60,357 bases of DNA. It comes from Bacteroidales bacterium. GTDB lineage: Bacteria > Bacteroidota > Bacteroidia > Bacteroidales > UBA7960. The stretch's first letter is position 1; the number at the start of each line of letters is the position of its first letter. This document shows positions 47,015-58,284 of this stretch, piece by piece. Where the stretch lies: the NCBI GenBank assembly GCA_003559735.1, contig PWKN01000169.1, positions 1 to 60,357 of the forward strand, read 5' to 3'. The notes under the pieces were generated by a model. That model did not search any database, was not told where the DNA came from, and saw only the letters and a list, made by a program, of their open reading frames with translations. The translations under genes and the position numbers were made by a program.

Positions 47015-47035
47015 TTAGCGTACATATTACGCTAA
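47015..47035. promoter_or_regulatory. NrtR-family operator (XylR site)
   Basis: Perfect 21-bp palindrome TTAGCGTA-CATAT-TACGCTAA with the GT-N7-AC core, just upstream of a -7-like box TAGCTTTA (47048-47055). Confidence 0.85.
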
Positions 47036-47188
47036 CTATTTTTTTTGTAGCTTTACACCCTGTATTATTCATGCTGTTCATCCAGTCCGGATGCAAGGCG
47101 TTGAAAGACGCCGGCTCTGATTTGCCGTTTTCTGTTTATGCTCTATGGGTAATGCAGAATACAATCATTAAGACAAAGCACAGGCAAG

Positions 47189-47920
47189 ATGACCGGGAGG
47201 CTTAATCCTAATATATCAGTAGATTGCGTGGTTTTTGGTTTTGACAGGGATTGTTTGCGCGTACTTCTGGTGGAAAGGGAAATTGTTTTTCACGGGGATA
47301 CGGAGAAGACGGTCCGTGATTACAAGCTTCCCGGGAGTCTTGTTTACAACGAAGAGTTATTGAAAGATGCGGCCCGCAGGGTGCTGCATGACCTGACAGG
47401 CATCGGTGGCATCTGCCTTGAACGATATGATGTTCTCGATTCGCTGGAGCGGATGGACAACCGTGTGGACAGGCAGTGGCTTGAGCAGACCACCGGATTA
47501 TCGATTGAACGGGTTGTTTCGGTGGCTTTTTTTGGCCTGGTCAATTTGAACGACCCGCTGGTATCGAAAGTAAAGGATGGTGCCCGGTGGATGAACCTGG
47601 ATGAGACGAAGCAGTTGCCTTTTGACCATAGTGCCATCATAGAACGTGCACTTGCAGTGCTTCAGCAGCGACTGAGGGTGGATGCGACTGCCTTTGGACT
47701 GTTGCCTGAGAAGTTTACCATTGCCGGGCTGCAACAGGTTTTTGAGGTGATTGGCGGGGAGAAACTGGACAGCCGGAATTTCCGGAAAAAACTAAAAAAC
47801 TTTCACTTCATTGTCCCACTAAGGGAAAAACAACGCAATGTAGCCCATAAACCGGCCCGGTTGTACAGCTTTGACCACAAACGTTTTTTACAGTCCCGCA
47901 AGTCAATCAGTTTTTTTTAA
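47189..47920 (+). CDS. xylR: NrtR family (Nudix + winged helix) transcriptional regulator, XylR-like
   Basis: ISVDCVVFGF, LPGSLV...AARRVL, RVVSVA, LPFDH, LLPEKFTI, DSRNFRKK, HKPARLYSF; heads xylB-xylA. Confidence 0.85.
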   Translation: MTGRLNPNISVDCVVFGFDRDCLRVLLVEREIVFHGDTEKTVRDYKLPGSLVYNEELLKDAARRVLHDLTGIGGICLERYDVLDSLERMDNRVDRQWLEQTTGLSIERVVSVAFFGLVNLNDPLVSKVKDGARWMNLDETKQLPFDHSAIIERALAVLQQRLRVDATAFGLLPEKFTIAGLQQVFEVIGGEKLDSRNFRKKLKNFHFIVPLREKQRNVAHKPARLYSFDHKRFLQSRKSISFF

Positions 47921-47938
47921 CATAAAGCAGATATTCTT

Positions 47939-49435
47939 ATGGTATTACTCGGATATGATATTGGCAGTTCATCTGTCAAAGCGAGCCTGGTGGATAGTTC
48001 ATCGGGACAGTGTATTGCTTCCTCCTTTTATCCGAAAAAGGAGATGGAGATATCTTCTCCGCAGCCCGGTTGGGCTGAACAACATCCTAATGTATGGTGG
48101 GATAGCATCGTGGCTGTGACAAGCGAGCTGATGCAGCAGCAGAAAATTGACAAAGAATCTGTTGGTGCCATTGGGTTGTCGTACCAGATGCACGGACTGG
48201 TCATTACTGACCGGGACGGCAAGCCGCTCAGACCTTCTATTATCTGGTGCGACAGTCGCTCTGTGGCTTATGGGGAAAAGGCTTTCAGGGAGATCGGTGA
48301 AACGCAATGCCTGTCGGCTGTGCTCAATTCGCCCGGTAACTTTACCGCCTCAAAACTGGCATGGGTAAAAGAGAACGAGCCTGCATTGTATTAAAAAATT
48401 GACAGGGTGATGCTGCCTGGTGACTATATTGCCTTGAAGCTGACTGGAGAAGCGCTGACAACACCCTCAGGATTGTCTGAAGGGATATTCTGGGACTTTC
48501 AAAAGCATGGTTTGGCTGAATTGATACTGGACTACTATGGTTTTGACCGGGATCTCTTCCCTGGGGTGGTTCCCAATTTTTCCGTACAGGGTAATTTAAC
48601 AAAACAGGCTGCAGGTGAACTTGGTCTCAAGGCTGGTATTCCCCTTGCATACAGGGCAGGGGATCAGCCCAACAACGCATTTTCGCTGAATGTGCTCAAT
48701 CCCGGGGAAATTGCGGCAAATGCAGGAACCTCCGGAGTGGTTTACGGGGTTAGTGACCAGGTGACGTACGACCCGCAGTCAAGGGTGAATACCTTTGCCC
48801 ATGTTAATCATACCAGCGAAGATGCACGCCTTGGCGTGCTGTTGTGTGTAAATGGTACCGGGATCCTCAATTCGTGGTTGAAGAAAAATGTGGTTTCAGC
48901 AGATTGGGATTATGAAGAAATGAACCGTCAGAGCGCATCGGTCCCTGCAGGATCTGACGGCCTCATCGTACTGCCTTTCGGCAATGGGGCAGAACGGATG
49001 ATCGGGAACAAAAATCCCGGCTGTATCATTGAGCGGCTGGATTTTAACAGGCACAACAATGCCTGTCTTGTCAGGGCAGCCCACGAAGGGATTGCATTTG
49101 CTTTTGCGTATGGGATCGATATCATGGAGACTACCGGTATCAGGGCATCCGTGATCCGGGCAGGCAACGCCAACATGTTCCTGAGTCCGGTTTTCAGAGA
49201 AACCCTTGCCGCACTGACCAATGCCACCATAGAGCTTTATAATACCGATGGTTCGCAGGGAGCTGCCAGGGCTGCCGGAGTGGGTGCCGGAATATTCGCG
49301 TCGGCAAGTGACGCTTTCGGCGGACTAAAGATCGTAGAAACCGTCAGTCCGGATAAAACATTGCAGAAGCCGGTCAGTGAGGCGTTTAATAACTGGAAAA
49401 ACATCCTCCGCAAACAGTTGCAGCCGGCCAAATAA
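47939..49435 (+). pseudogene. xylB: Xylulokinase (FGGY family) interrupted by an in-frame TAA at 48392-48394
   Basis: GYDIGSSSVK, YQMHGLV, IIWCDSR, KLAWVKENEPALY*KIDRVMLPGDY, AGDQ, AGTSG, PFGNGAER; both halves are in the same frame. Confidence 0.85.
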
Positions 49436-49494
49436 ACAGGCAGATCATTAATAAATCATTAATCTATACACCATTCTACAAAAAATCATTTGCT

Positions 49495-50826
49495 ATGAGT
49501 TACTTAACAGGAGACAAAGAATTTTTTAAAGGCATTGGCAAAATTGCCTTCGAAGGGCGCGATTCGGACAATCCGCTTGCGTTTAAATTTTATGACGAAA
49601 ACAAGGTGGTTGCAGGGAAAACCATGAAGGAGCACCTCAGGTTTGCCGTGGCCTACTGGCACACGTTCTGTGATACCGGTGGCGATCCGTTCGGACCGGG
49701 AACACGGGTTTTTCCATGGGATGCGGCCAGTGATCCCATCAGCCGCGCCAAGGACAAAATGGATGCCGCATTCGAGTTCATCACAAAGCTGGGCGCACCA
49801 TTTTATTGTTTTCATGATATCGATGTGGTGGATGAAGCGGACACCATCAGCGAAACGGAAAGCAGACTGCAGACCATGGTTGGTTATGCCAGGGAAAAGC
49901 AGGATGCATCGGGCGTGAAACTGCTGTGGGGTACCGCCAATTTGTTCTCTCACCCGAGATATATGAACGGGGCAGCCACCAATCCAGACTTCAATGTGAT
50001 CACCCATGCCGCCACACAGGTCAGGAATGCCCTGGATGCCACCATTGCACTGGGCGGACAAAATTATGTTTTTTGGGGCGGACGTGAGGGATATTTCTCT
50101 TTGCTCAACACCAATACAAAACGTGAGGTGGAACATATGGCCCGTTTTCTGCATATGGCTAAGGATTATGCAAGAAAGAACGGTTTTAAGGGGACATTCC
50201 TGATCGAACCCAAACCCATGGAGCCAACAAAACACCAGTATGATTATGATGCGGCTACAATCATTGGTTTTCTGAATAAATACGGACTTGCGGAGGACTT
50301 TAAACTGAATATTGAGGTAAACCATGCCACGCTTGCCGGACATACGTTTCAGCACGAATTGCAGGTGTCTGCTGATGCCGGACTCTTTGGAAGCATTGAT
50401 GCAAACAGGGGTGATTACCAGAACGGATGGGATACCGACCAGTTTCCGATCAACATATATGAAGTGGTGGAAGCCATGCTTGTGATCCAGGAAGCCGGTG
50501 GATTTACAACGGGCGGTATAAACTTTGATGCAAAACTTCGCCGGAACTCAACCGACAGTGAAGATCTCTTTATTGCCCATATCTCTGGCATGGATGTGTT
50601 TGCCAGGGCGCTGATGATCGTTGATGACATTCTTGCAAAATCCCCGTACCCCGAGATGAGGAAGGAGCGCTACAGCTCATTCGATTCTGGCTATGGAAAG
50701 GCTTTCGAGAAGGGAGAAATGACCCTGGAGGATATGCGGACACTGGCCATAAAAAATGGTGAACCCGCACAGATCAGCGGGAAGCAGGAGCTTTATGAAT
50801 CAATACTGAATCAATACATCAGGTAG
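49495..50826 (+). CDS. xylA: Xylose isomerase (class II)
   Basis: [53 protein letters not shown]. Confidence 0.97.
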   Translation: MSYLTGDKEFFKGIGKIAFEGRDSDNPLAFKFYDENKVVAGKTMKEHLRFAVAYWHTFCDTGGDPFGPGTRVFPWDAASDPISRAKDKMDAAFEFITKLGAPFYCFHDIDVVDEADTISETESRLQTMVGYAREKQDASGVKLLWGTANLFSHPRYMNGAATNPDFNVITHAATQVRNALDATIALGGQNYVFWGGREGYFSLLNTNTKREVEHMARFLHMAKDYARKNGFKGTFLIEPKPMEPTKHQYDYDAATIIGFLNKYGLAEDFKLNIEVNHATLAGHTFQHELQVSADAGLFGSIDANRGDYQNGWDTDQFPINIYEVVEAMLVIQEAGGFTTGGINFDAKLRRNSTDSEDLFIAHISGMDVFARALMIVDDILAKSPYPEMRKERYSSFDSGYGKAFEKGEMTLEDMRTLAIKNGEPAQISGKQELYESILNQYIR

Positions 50827-50963
50827 TCTGCTGGCCATAAACGGGGAAAGACAGAAGGTGTCGGTACCGTATGATTATTCATCAAACTGCATCTGCGAAT
50901 AATCTTTCATAAAATGGAAGAAAATTACCAGTTTATTCCTTTTTTGGTCGTTATTTTCGCAGT

Positions 50964-53900
50964 ATGCAAAATCAATTGTATGCCAGCAGCAAGATTTTAA
51001 TAACCGGATCTGTGGTGACCGGATTGATGACACGGTTAGTACGGCTGCATATGCGTATGGTCATCATGGTGCCAGTGCTTTTCTTATGTATTGCGGCCGG
51101 AGCACAGGTTGTGGTTGTCGATGATGATTTTGATGATGGTGTGTTTCCATTTGAGGGCTGGAAGGAGATCAATTCCTCCGGACAGGTGACTGTTGTGAAC
51201 GGCGAACTGCAATTTGATTATACGGACCAGCGCCCTGGTGCTGTCAGGGAGTTTGAACCGGCTGAAGGTATTATCAGCATAGAATTCAATGCCCGGTCAA
51301 CCCGTAACTGGATACACTTTTTTGTATACATACGAAACCATGAGTCAGATACGGTAAGTGCCCTCACACTGGGAAGTGCTGGCAACAGGGGGATACTGGC
51401 GATAACTGCTATGGATGACAACGGCAGGATGGCAGAAGGGGTGAATGCCCTGCCTGAACAGTTTGGCGTGAACCGCAACTACCATATTGCATTCTCAATA
51501 AACACCTTTACACAGGAAGCGACACTTTATGTGGACGGACGACAGACAGAGGAGGCCCGGTCTGTTCCATTACTGCGACATGCAGAAAATGTTGCCTCGG
51601 TGGTCTTTCTGAATGATTATATGTTTAGCAATGAGGGAAGGGTTTATATTGATGACCTGCGTGTTGTATACTATCAGCGCGACAAGACCTTGCTGCGACT
51701 GCGAATAGAAGAGGCACAGGCACTCCTTGATGATGCGGAACCAGGTGATGCCCCCGGACAATATCCGGTGGCGTCAATCAATATGCTTGGCGATGCCCTC
51801 GGGATGGCGCTTGAAATATATGATGACACAGATTCAACACAGGAAGAGGTTGACAATGCTGCAGAACATCTTGGTCAGGCTATGGCGGACTTTATTCACA
51901 GTGAAAATGCAGCGGTTGCTGTTTTAAATATCAATACAGATGATGGACATCCTATCAATGAGGGGTTTAGCGGATTCAATGTCAGGATCTCAGATGGCCC
52001 CTGGAACTATAACCATCCCGATTTCAGAGAGGCCGTACAAACCTTGAAACCGGGATTTTTGCGCTACTTTTCGGGAACTACCGGAAACTATCTCAATATG
52101 AACACCGGTATGATGGAGTATGCATGGTTTGAACAGCTGCTGAACCATGGCAGCTCATATGATGATTATCCTGCTCTGTATAAATGGGTGGAGGTAAAAG
52201 GGCCTCACCGGCTTATTGATCTGTACGACATGCTTGGGGAGAACAGTGCAAAATTGGTGATCACCTTTAACAGCTTTATGAACACACCTGAAAATGCTGC
52301 CCGGCTGGCTCGTTTTTGTAAAAACAACAACATCATCGTTGACTATTGGCAGTTTATAAACGAACCCAATTTCTATACACCCCCAAGAAGGTATCTTTTC
52401 AATGATGGCAAAGATTATGCGGTAAAGCAGAAAGAGGTTGCTGATTCGATCCTGTCTGTTGATCCTGATGCCCGACTTGCCCTGAGCTATGGATGGGATG
52501 GATTGGGTTCGTTTGCCCGCAGCATAAGCGATTATGAACCCGTATACTGGAATGCGGTATCTTTTCATGCTTATCCGCTGCGGGCTGCAGATACCGATTT
52601 TGACTATGCCATGCGCAGGGCCAACAGCAGGGTCATGGACCGGACAAATGCAGCTTTCTACAATAAGGTACAGTCGGTCAGTTGGCCTGATGCGCCATTT
52701 ATTGTTACCGAATATGGTGTGTGGAACGATATGCTTAGCAATACACTCTACGGGGCCATCTTCCTCTCTGAATACGTTATGCGGATGTCGGCCAACCCGA
52801 GGGCAAAACTGATTGGCAACCATGTCGTGAACCATGCAGCCAGACCAAACAATACCCATCACGATCTGTTCATGGATGCATTTGATGCCGGACAGACGAT
52901 CGATCCGGACACGGTGCCTACCGGCTTTAATCTGCGTATTGACGGAAAAACCTTTACCGTTGTGAATAAAGCCCTGAACAGGGCTGATTTTGTTTACCAG
53001 TCAACCATCGATGGCGGCTCGCGGGTGCAATTGCTGGGTGGATCCTATATCTCTGCATTGTATGCCCGGGCATATCGTGGACTGAACGGAAAAGAATATG
53101 TCTTGATCACCAATAAATCAGACCTGTTTAATGAAATGGATATCCTGTTGGATGGCAGTTCACCGGATTTGGAGATGACCATGACCTATGCATGGTCATC
53201 CGACCCTGCCGTGAGTAATGTTTTGGTGCAGAGCAAAACCACAGCGGCTCCTGTAAGGATACCCCCATACTCGGTTGTCCGGCTTGAATGGGACTCGGAA
53301 ACAATGCCGGCTCCTCCCGCTCCACGGATCTATGCGGTGGAGCATGGAGAAGGTTCTGCGCTGATAAAATGGTGGGAGCGTGAAACAGCCGAAAAATATA
53401 CCTTGCTCCGAGGGGTCACATCTGGTGTATATAACCATCATGTAACTATCGGACAGGATGTCAGCGAATATGAAACTGGTGAACTCGCCAACGGACAGAC
53501 ATATTACTTTGCTGTGCAGGCATCCAATGCCAGCGGGACCAGTGTGCTGTCAAATGAAGTAGCCTATCATGTTGATGTTCCCGATACACCGTTGTTTGAT
53601 ATAGCCAGACCCAACTCCCGGAGGGTTACCCTTGAATGGGAAAGCGTACCTTATGCCAACGGGTATAAGGTACGGTATGGCACACAACCTGGTGTATATG
53701 ATAAGATTATCGATGCAAATAACACTACCGGGTATGTGCTTCGGAATCTGCAGAACGGGGTCACATATTATTTCAGTGTGTCTGCCTACAACGGAATGGG
53801 AGAAAGTGCACTTTCTGATGAATTGCAGGCAACACCCCAGACACACATTCCGCAAGCACCCTGGTACCTGCATGGACATGAAGATCCTGTTACAGGTGTG

Positions 53901-54434
53901 GTCCACCTGAATTGGATCCCCTCTGACAGTACCCACCAGGCATCATTTAATGTGTACCGCAGTAAGAATGCCTGGTCTGGTTATGAACTCGTAGATTCAG
54001 GAATAAACCAGACGAGTTATGCTGACTCCACTTTTCTTTCGGCTGGAAAATATTTCTACCGCATTGGCGCTCAAAATGAGCGTGGAAAGGGTTTTTTCCG
54101 GTCCAATATTTTTACTATGGATAAAAAGGCAGACACTGAAGATTTTTTTACAAACACTCCTGATATGATGTACAAAGGACTATTGTTCCCCGGTTTTATC
54201 AATCCTGTAAAAGGAGCGCGTTTTGGTCCCATTGATCCGGCTGTATCCATTCGTTACCGTATACGCCTCACCGATGTGACAGGCAGACATATCTTCACTG
54301 GTGACTGGGGTGAACACTGGGACGGTCATGCCAATGGAACCATGGTGCCAAGGGGAGCATATATGTGGCAGGTGCAGGGATATGCAGATTCTGATCCTTT
54401 TTACAAAACCGGAAAGGTGCTGGTTATTTATTGA
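50964..54434 (+). CDS. Secreted multidomain clan GH-A-like glycosidase (lectin-like N-terminus, FIVAR, barrel, 3 Fn3, T9SS type-B-like CTD)
   Basis: PGQYP FIVAR-like helix bundle; LKPGFLRYFSGT, WQFINEP, VSFHAYP, IVTEYG; TYYFAVQASN-type Fn3 repeats; WDG..NG..VP.GAY C-terminus. Start probably downstream (51027 or 51051). Confidence 0.7.
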   Translation: MQNQLYASSKILITGSVVTGLMTRLVRLHMRMVIMVPVLFLCIAAGAQVVVVDDDFDDGVFPFEGWKEINSSGQVTVVNGELQFDYTDQRPGAVREFEPAEGIISIEFNARSTRNWIHFFVYIRNHESDTVSALTLGSAGNRGILAITAMDDNGRMAEGVNALPEQFGVNRNYHIAFSINTFTQEATLYVDGRQTEEARSVPLLRHAENVASVVFLNDYMFSNEGRVYIDDLRVVYYQRDKTLLRLRIEEAQALLDDAEPGDAPGQYPVASINMLGDALGMALEIYDDTDSTQEEVDNAAEHLGQAMADFIHSENAAVAVLNINTDDGHPINEGFSGFNVRISDGPWNYNHPDFREAVQTLKPGFLRYFSGTTGNYLNMNTGMMEYAWFEQLLNHGSSYDDYPALYKWVEVKGPHRLIDLYDMLGENSAKLVITFNSFMNTPENAARLARFCKNNNIIVDYWQFINEPNFYTPPRRYLFNDGKDYAVKQKEVADSILSVDPDARLALSYGWDGLGSFARSISDYEPVYWNAVSFHAYPLRAADTDFDYAMRRANSRVMDRTNAAFYNKVQSVSWPDAPFIVTEYGVWNDMLSNTLYGAIFLSEYVMRMSANPRAKLIGNHVVNHAARPNNTHHDLFMDAFDAGQTIDPDTVPTGFNLRIDGKTFTVVNKALNRADFVYQSTIDGGSRVQLLGGSYISALYARAYRGLNGKEYVLITNKSDLFNEMDILLDGSSPDLEMTMTYAWSSDPAVSNVLVQSKTTAAPVRIPPYSVVRLEWDSETMPAPPAPRIYAVEHGEGSALIKWWERETAEKYTLLRGVTSGVYNHHVTIGQDVSEYETGELANGQTYYFAVQASNASGTSVLSNEVAYHVDVPDTPLFDIARPNSRRVTLEWESVPYANGYKVRYGTQPGVYDKIIDANNTTGYVLRNLQNGVTYYFSVSAYNGMGESALSDELQATPQTHIPQAPWYLHGHEDPVTGVVHLNWIPSDSTHQASFNVYRSKNAWSGYELVDSGINQTSYADSTFLSAGKYFYRIGAQNERGKGFFRSNIFTMDKKADTEDFFTNTPDMMYKGLLFPGFINPVKGARFGPIDPAVSIRYRIRLTDVTGRHIFTGDWGEHWDGHANGTMVPRGAYMWQVQGYADSDPFYKTGKVLVIY

Positions 54435-54437
54435 TGA

Positions 54438-56489
54438 TTGCAACAATGGCATTTGTTATTCAGGAAGAAAGAAAACCGGAGGATGATGCAGTATAAGAAG
54501 AACAAAACTTTTCGGGCAAAGGCACATTTGACATTGGTTGGTGGTCTGGCCCTGATACCGGGACCTGCCCCGGTGGCAAATGAAACGCCCAATGAGGAGG
54601 TGCGGCCCAATATCCTGTTTCTTGTGGTTGAAGATGCTTCTCCCTATTTGTATCCGGCATATGGCAATCCACATATCGTGACACCTCATCTTGACCGTTT
54701 GGCAAGCTCCGGGGTGGTATTTACCAGTGCACTGGCCAACGCCCCTTATTCTTCTCCTGCACGTTCCTCGCTGATCAGTGGCAGCTATGCCACAACATAT
54801 GGTAACGACTGGCACCGGAACAACCACATTGTACCGGGCCATTATTTCTTTCCACAATACTTGCGCGAAGCTGGCTACTTTACAGTTAACGCCGGGAAAA
54901 CGGACTACAATGTAACACAGGAGGTCCAGCAACAATGGTATGATGTGGCATGGGACAGGATGAGCGGTCTGAAAGCGCCTGGACGCCCCAACGCGTCATA
55001 CAACGATGAGGCAAGAGGTGAGCGTCCGTTTTTTGCCCAGTTCAACAACAATACATCCCATATGAGCCGTATGAACAGTGTTTATATGCATCTGAGGGAA
55101 CCTCCCAGGCTTGATCCGGAAGGAGTTATTCTGCCTGATTATGTCCCGGATCTGCCTGAAACCCGATCTGATTATGCCCTGCATCTTGATGCGATCGAAG
55201 ACACCGACAGATGGACGGGCTTGTTTATAAGTGATCTGGAAGAGCGGGGACTTCTGGAAAACACCATCATTTTTTATTTTTCTGACCATGGGGGCTGCTT
55301 GCCGCGGGGTAAAGCATTTCCTTACGAGACTGGATTTACCGCCGCACTCATCATATATGCTCCTCCAAAATGGCAGCACCTCCTGCCTGCCCCACCGGGA
55401 AGTGTCAGTGACCGCCTGGTTGAATTTGCCGACTTTGGCCCCACTTTGCTGAGCATCGCCGGAGTTCAGTCTCCCGGGCATATGCAGGGAAAGGCCTTTA
55501 TGGGCAGGTATGCTGAAGATCCCAGGGAGTATTCATTTAACTTCAGAACCAATACAACCGATCACTTTGATCCTTCACGTTCTGTATTTACCAGTAAATT
55601 CCAATACATTAGAAATTATACCCCATACAAGATTCACGGTCTGCGTCAGTCTTACCAGTGGGCCATGCCGGCGCAAATGGCGTGGGACAGCCTTTTTCAT
55701 TTTGCAGAAACAAAACCGGAACACCGGCAATATTATTTGCCAAAACCATCTGAAATGCTTTTTGACAGGAAGCATGACCCATTTGGGATGAATAACCTGG
55801 CAGGGGAGCCTGAATATGAAGAGGTGCTCACGGAGTTGAGAAAGGCGGCATCAACCCATATCCGCGAGAGCAAAGATATTGGTTTCTGGCCAAGGGATGT
55901 AAGGATCTCATTTGTTGAAAAAGGGATTGCCATGTATGATTGGGTAAGGGAAAATGATTATCCCTTCGAGCTCCTGTACCGTGCAGTTGAAAGTGCCTCA
56001 GCCGGTGAGCCCGATGAAAGATATTTCCTGGAGGATCTTCTGGCTCATGAAAGACCTGAGTTTCGTTTTTGGGGTGCTTCCGGACTGGCATATCTGGCTT
56101 TCCTGGATCAACTGCCTGAGGTACCGGTTGCTTTGTTTGGATTGCTCGATGACCCCTTTGGCAGCGTGGCCTCGATGGCTGCAGAAGCACTGGTTTATGC
56201 GGGGTATACAGAAAAAGGTCTTCATGCCCTGGTTGAGCAGGCATGGGATGGAAACACCAATGCGATCTCCTCACTTGAACAGCTGGGGGATGAAGTGGAG
56301 TCTGTCCTTCCCGGAATCAGACAGTTGGCAGAAAACAACAACAGCAACCGCATCCGGTTTCATGCCAGGAGTATCCTGATCAATTTTGGAGAAATGCCTA
56401 TGGCGAAACTTTTCGAACCCGCTGCGGTAGAAAGCTTTCGGCGAAACCAGCGCAGCAGGGTGGAAAGGTGGGCGCCGACGCGCCCATGA
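54438..56489 (+). CDS. Sulfatase (S1, Ser-type) with C-terminal HEAT-like repeats
   Basis: RPNILFLVVED, TPHLDRLA, SSPARS (S-x-P-x-R), GKTDY, FSDHGG; start probably about 54483. Confidence 0.88.
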   Translation: MQQWHLLFRKKENRRMMQYKKNKTFRAKAHLTLVGGLALIPGPAPVANETPNEEVRPNILFLVVEDASPYLYPAYGNPHIVTPHLDRLASSGVVFTSALANAPYSSPARSSLISGSYATTYGNDWHRNNHIVPGHYFFPQYLREAGYFTVNAGKTDYNVTQEVQQQWYDVAWDRMSGLKAPGRPNASYNDEARGERPFFAQFNNNTSHMSRMNSVYMHLREPPRLDPEGVILPDYVPDLPETRSDYALHLDAIEDTDRWTGLFISDLEERGLLENTIIFYFSDHGGCLPRGKAFPYETGFTAALIIYAPPKWQHLLPAPPGSVSDRLVEFADFGPTLLSIAGVQSPGHMQGKAFMGRYAEDPREYSFNFRTNTTDHFDPSRSVFTSKFQYIRNYTPYKIHGLRQSYQWAMPAQMAWDSLFHFAETKPEHRQYYLPKPSEMLFDRKHDPFGMNNLAGEPEYEEVLTELRKAASTHIRESKDIGFWPRDVRISFVEKGIAMYDWVRENDYPFELLYRAVESASAGEPDERYFLEDLLAHERPEFRFWGASGLAYLAFLDQLPEVPVALFGLLDDPFGSVASMAAEALVYAGYTEKGLHALVEQAWDGNTNAISSLEQLGDEVESVLPGIRQLAENNNSNRIRFHARSILINFGEMPMAKLFEPAAVESFRRNQRSRVERWAPTRP

Positions 56490-56613
56490 CCGTATTGCTG
56501 CAAAACCTGGCAACACACCCCCATATCATTTATACAGAGTCTGGCATACATTATAACCACCTGACAGGATGGCTTCTGTTTTGAACAGATGATGGAATAG
56601 CCGCATCAATCCA

Positions 56614-58221
56614 TTAATCCACCTGACTACCCCACCAGTTGTTGTCCGGATCGAAGTCGGGCGACAGAAAAAGGAGGCGTTGTTCTTCCAGTTGCCGCAT
56701 CCTGTTCCGTTCGATGTCTTGAAGTCTTGCGCGCTCAGCTGCTGCATCATATAATGGGTCTCTTTGCGGATACCTGGCGCCTGCCTCCTCCAGGTAGTCG
56801 AACAGGAGGGTGGTAAGGGATTCTGCTTTGGCAGGGTACATGGCTGACAGGTCCCGTTCTTCACTGATATCAGTTCTCAGGTTATACAACACCTGGCTGT
56901 CGGTTTCATAAAAGTGGATCAGCTTCCAGTCGCCATGGCGGACCACTGATGACGGACTGCCTTCCTGGTTGCTGTAATGGGGATAGTGCCAGAATAGCGG
57001 CCGGTCTGGCATCTTTGCACCCTGGATGGCCGGCAGCAGGCTTACGCCGTCTTTGTGCTCATTGGGCCTGAGCTCCACGCCGGCAAGGTCGAGGATTGTC
57101 GGGTAGAGATCTGCGCCCGTTGCAGGGACATCACTGAAGGTGTTCTGTTGTGTTATCCCGGGTGCTTTGATAAATATGGGTACACGCAATCCCCCTTCCA
57201 GTGTTGACCCTTTGCCTTGTCTGAAAGGCAGATTGGAGGTTGCAAAGCCGTCGCCGGAAGAGACGCCTCCTTGATCGGATGTAAAAATGACAATGGTATT
57301 TTCATTCAATCCAAGATCATCAAGTGCCTGAAGTACGTGACCCACTGCATCATCCATGGCTTCTACAAGTCCGGCGTATACCGGATTGTCCTGTACCATG
57401 CGTATGGGCAGGTATTGCCCCATTTCATATCCATATTCAGCCAGACCAGCCTCTTCGGCTTTGTCCCTGTATCTTTGCCATTTTTCCTGGGTGGTTTGCA
57501 GCGGACCGTGAACGGCATAAAAAGAAAGATAGGCAAAGAATGGCTGTCCGGTTTGCTGTGGATTGTATTTGCGGAAAAACTCAGCCGTTTCATCGGCAAG
57601 TCTCCAGGAGAGGTTTTCTCCCGGGTTCCTGTTATCCAGATTGGGATTTTCATAAGGGTCAAAATAACCACCTATTGGACTCCCGCTGTCCCATCCGCCA
57701 ACATTGATATCAAATCCATGGTCCGTTGGCCACGACCCTTCGCTTCCCAGGTGCCATTTCCCTGAAAAAAAGGTTTTGTACCCTGCTTCCTGCATGGCTT
57801 CTGCCAGGGTAACATGATCGAACGACAGGTGGCGGTCATAGTCAGCGGGTATGAGCTGATTGTGACGACCCAAATCGCGCCAGGCTTCTCCTGAGCGTGA
57901 TCCGATCCACTGGGTGATCCCATGCCGGGGGGCAAACTGACCGGTCATCAGGCTGGCACGCGACGGACTGCTTACCGGAGATGTTGCGTACCCATGGGTA
58001 AAAGAAATACCTTCACGGGCGATACGGTCAGTGTGTGGCGTTTCATAAAACGGACTGCCCGTGAAGCTCAGGTCAAAATAACCCAGGTCGTCGGCAATGA
58101 TAAACAACACATTGGGCGGTTGTTTATCTGCCTGCTGACAGGAGGAGGCTGACAGGAGGGCTGCGCCTGAAAAGAGCAACAGGGAAGAATTGAATTTCAT
58201 TTTTGTTGGCAGGACTTTCAT
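56614..58221 (-). CDS. Sulfatase (S1, Ser-type), lipoprotein
   Basis: SSC lipobox, PNVLFIIADDLG, SSPSRAS, GKWHLG, YAVHGP, FTSDQGG, GKG..EGG.RVP, WHYPHY. Confidence 0.92.
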   Translation of the reverse strand: MKVLPTKMKFNSSLLLFSGAALLSASSCQQADKQPPNVLFIIADDLGYFDLSFTGSPFYETPHTDRIAREGISFTHGYATSPVSSPSRASLMTGQFAPRHGITQWIGSRSGEAWRDLGRHNQLIPADYDRHLSFDHVTLAEAMQEAGYKTFFSGKWHLGSEGSWPTDHGFDINVGGWDSGSPIGGYFDPYENPNLDNRNPGENLSWRLADETAEFFRKYNPQQTGQPFFAYLSFYAVHGPLQTTQEKWQRYRDKAEEAGLAEYGYEMGQYLPIRMVQDNPVYAGLVEAMDDAVGHVLQALDDLGLNENTIVIFTSDQGGVSSGDGFATSNLPFRQGKGSTLEGGLRVPIFIKAPGITQQNTFSDVPATGADLYPTILDLAGVELRPNEHKDGVSLLPAIQGAKMPDRPLFWHYPHYSNQEGSPSSVVRHGDWKLIHFYETDSQVLYNLRTDISEERDLSAMYPAKAESLTTLLFDYLEEAGARYPQRDPLYDAAAERARLQDIERNRMRQLEEQRLLFLSPDFDPDNNWWGSQVD

Positions 58222-58284
58222 AACTGATCTTTTTTTTGAATAAATGTGATGATCTGGCTTGCTATACAGAAAGGAGCTTTTATT

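Noticed and set aside
48392-48394. Stop-codon reassignment or selenocysteine/pyrrolysine read-through in xylB
   Set aside because: The codon is TAA, which ends many other genes here; it is neither TGA nor TAG.
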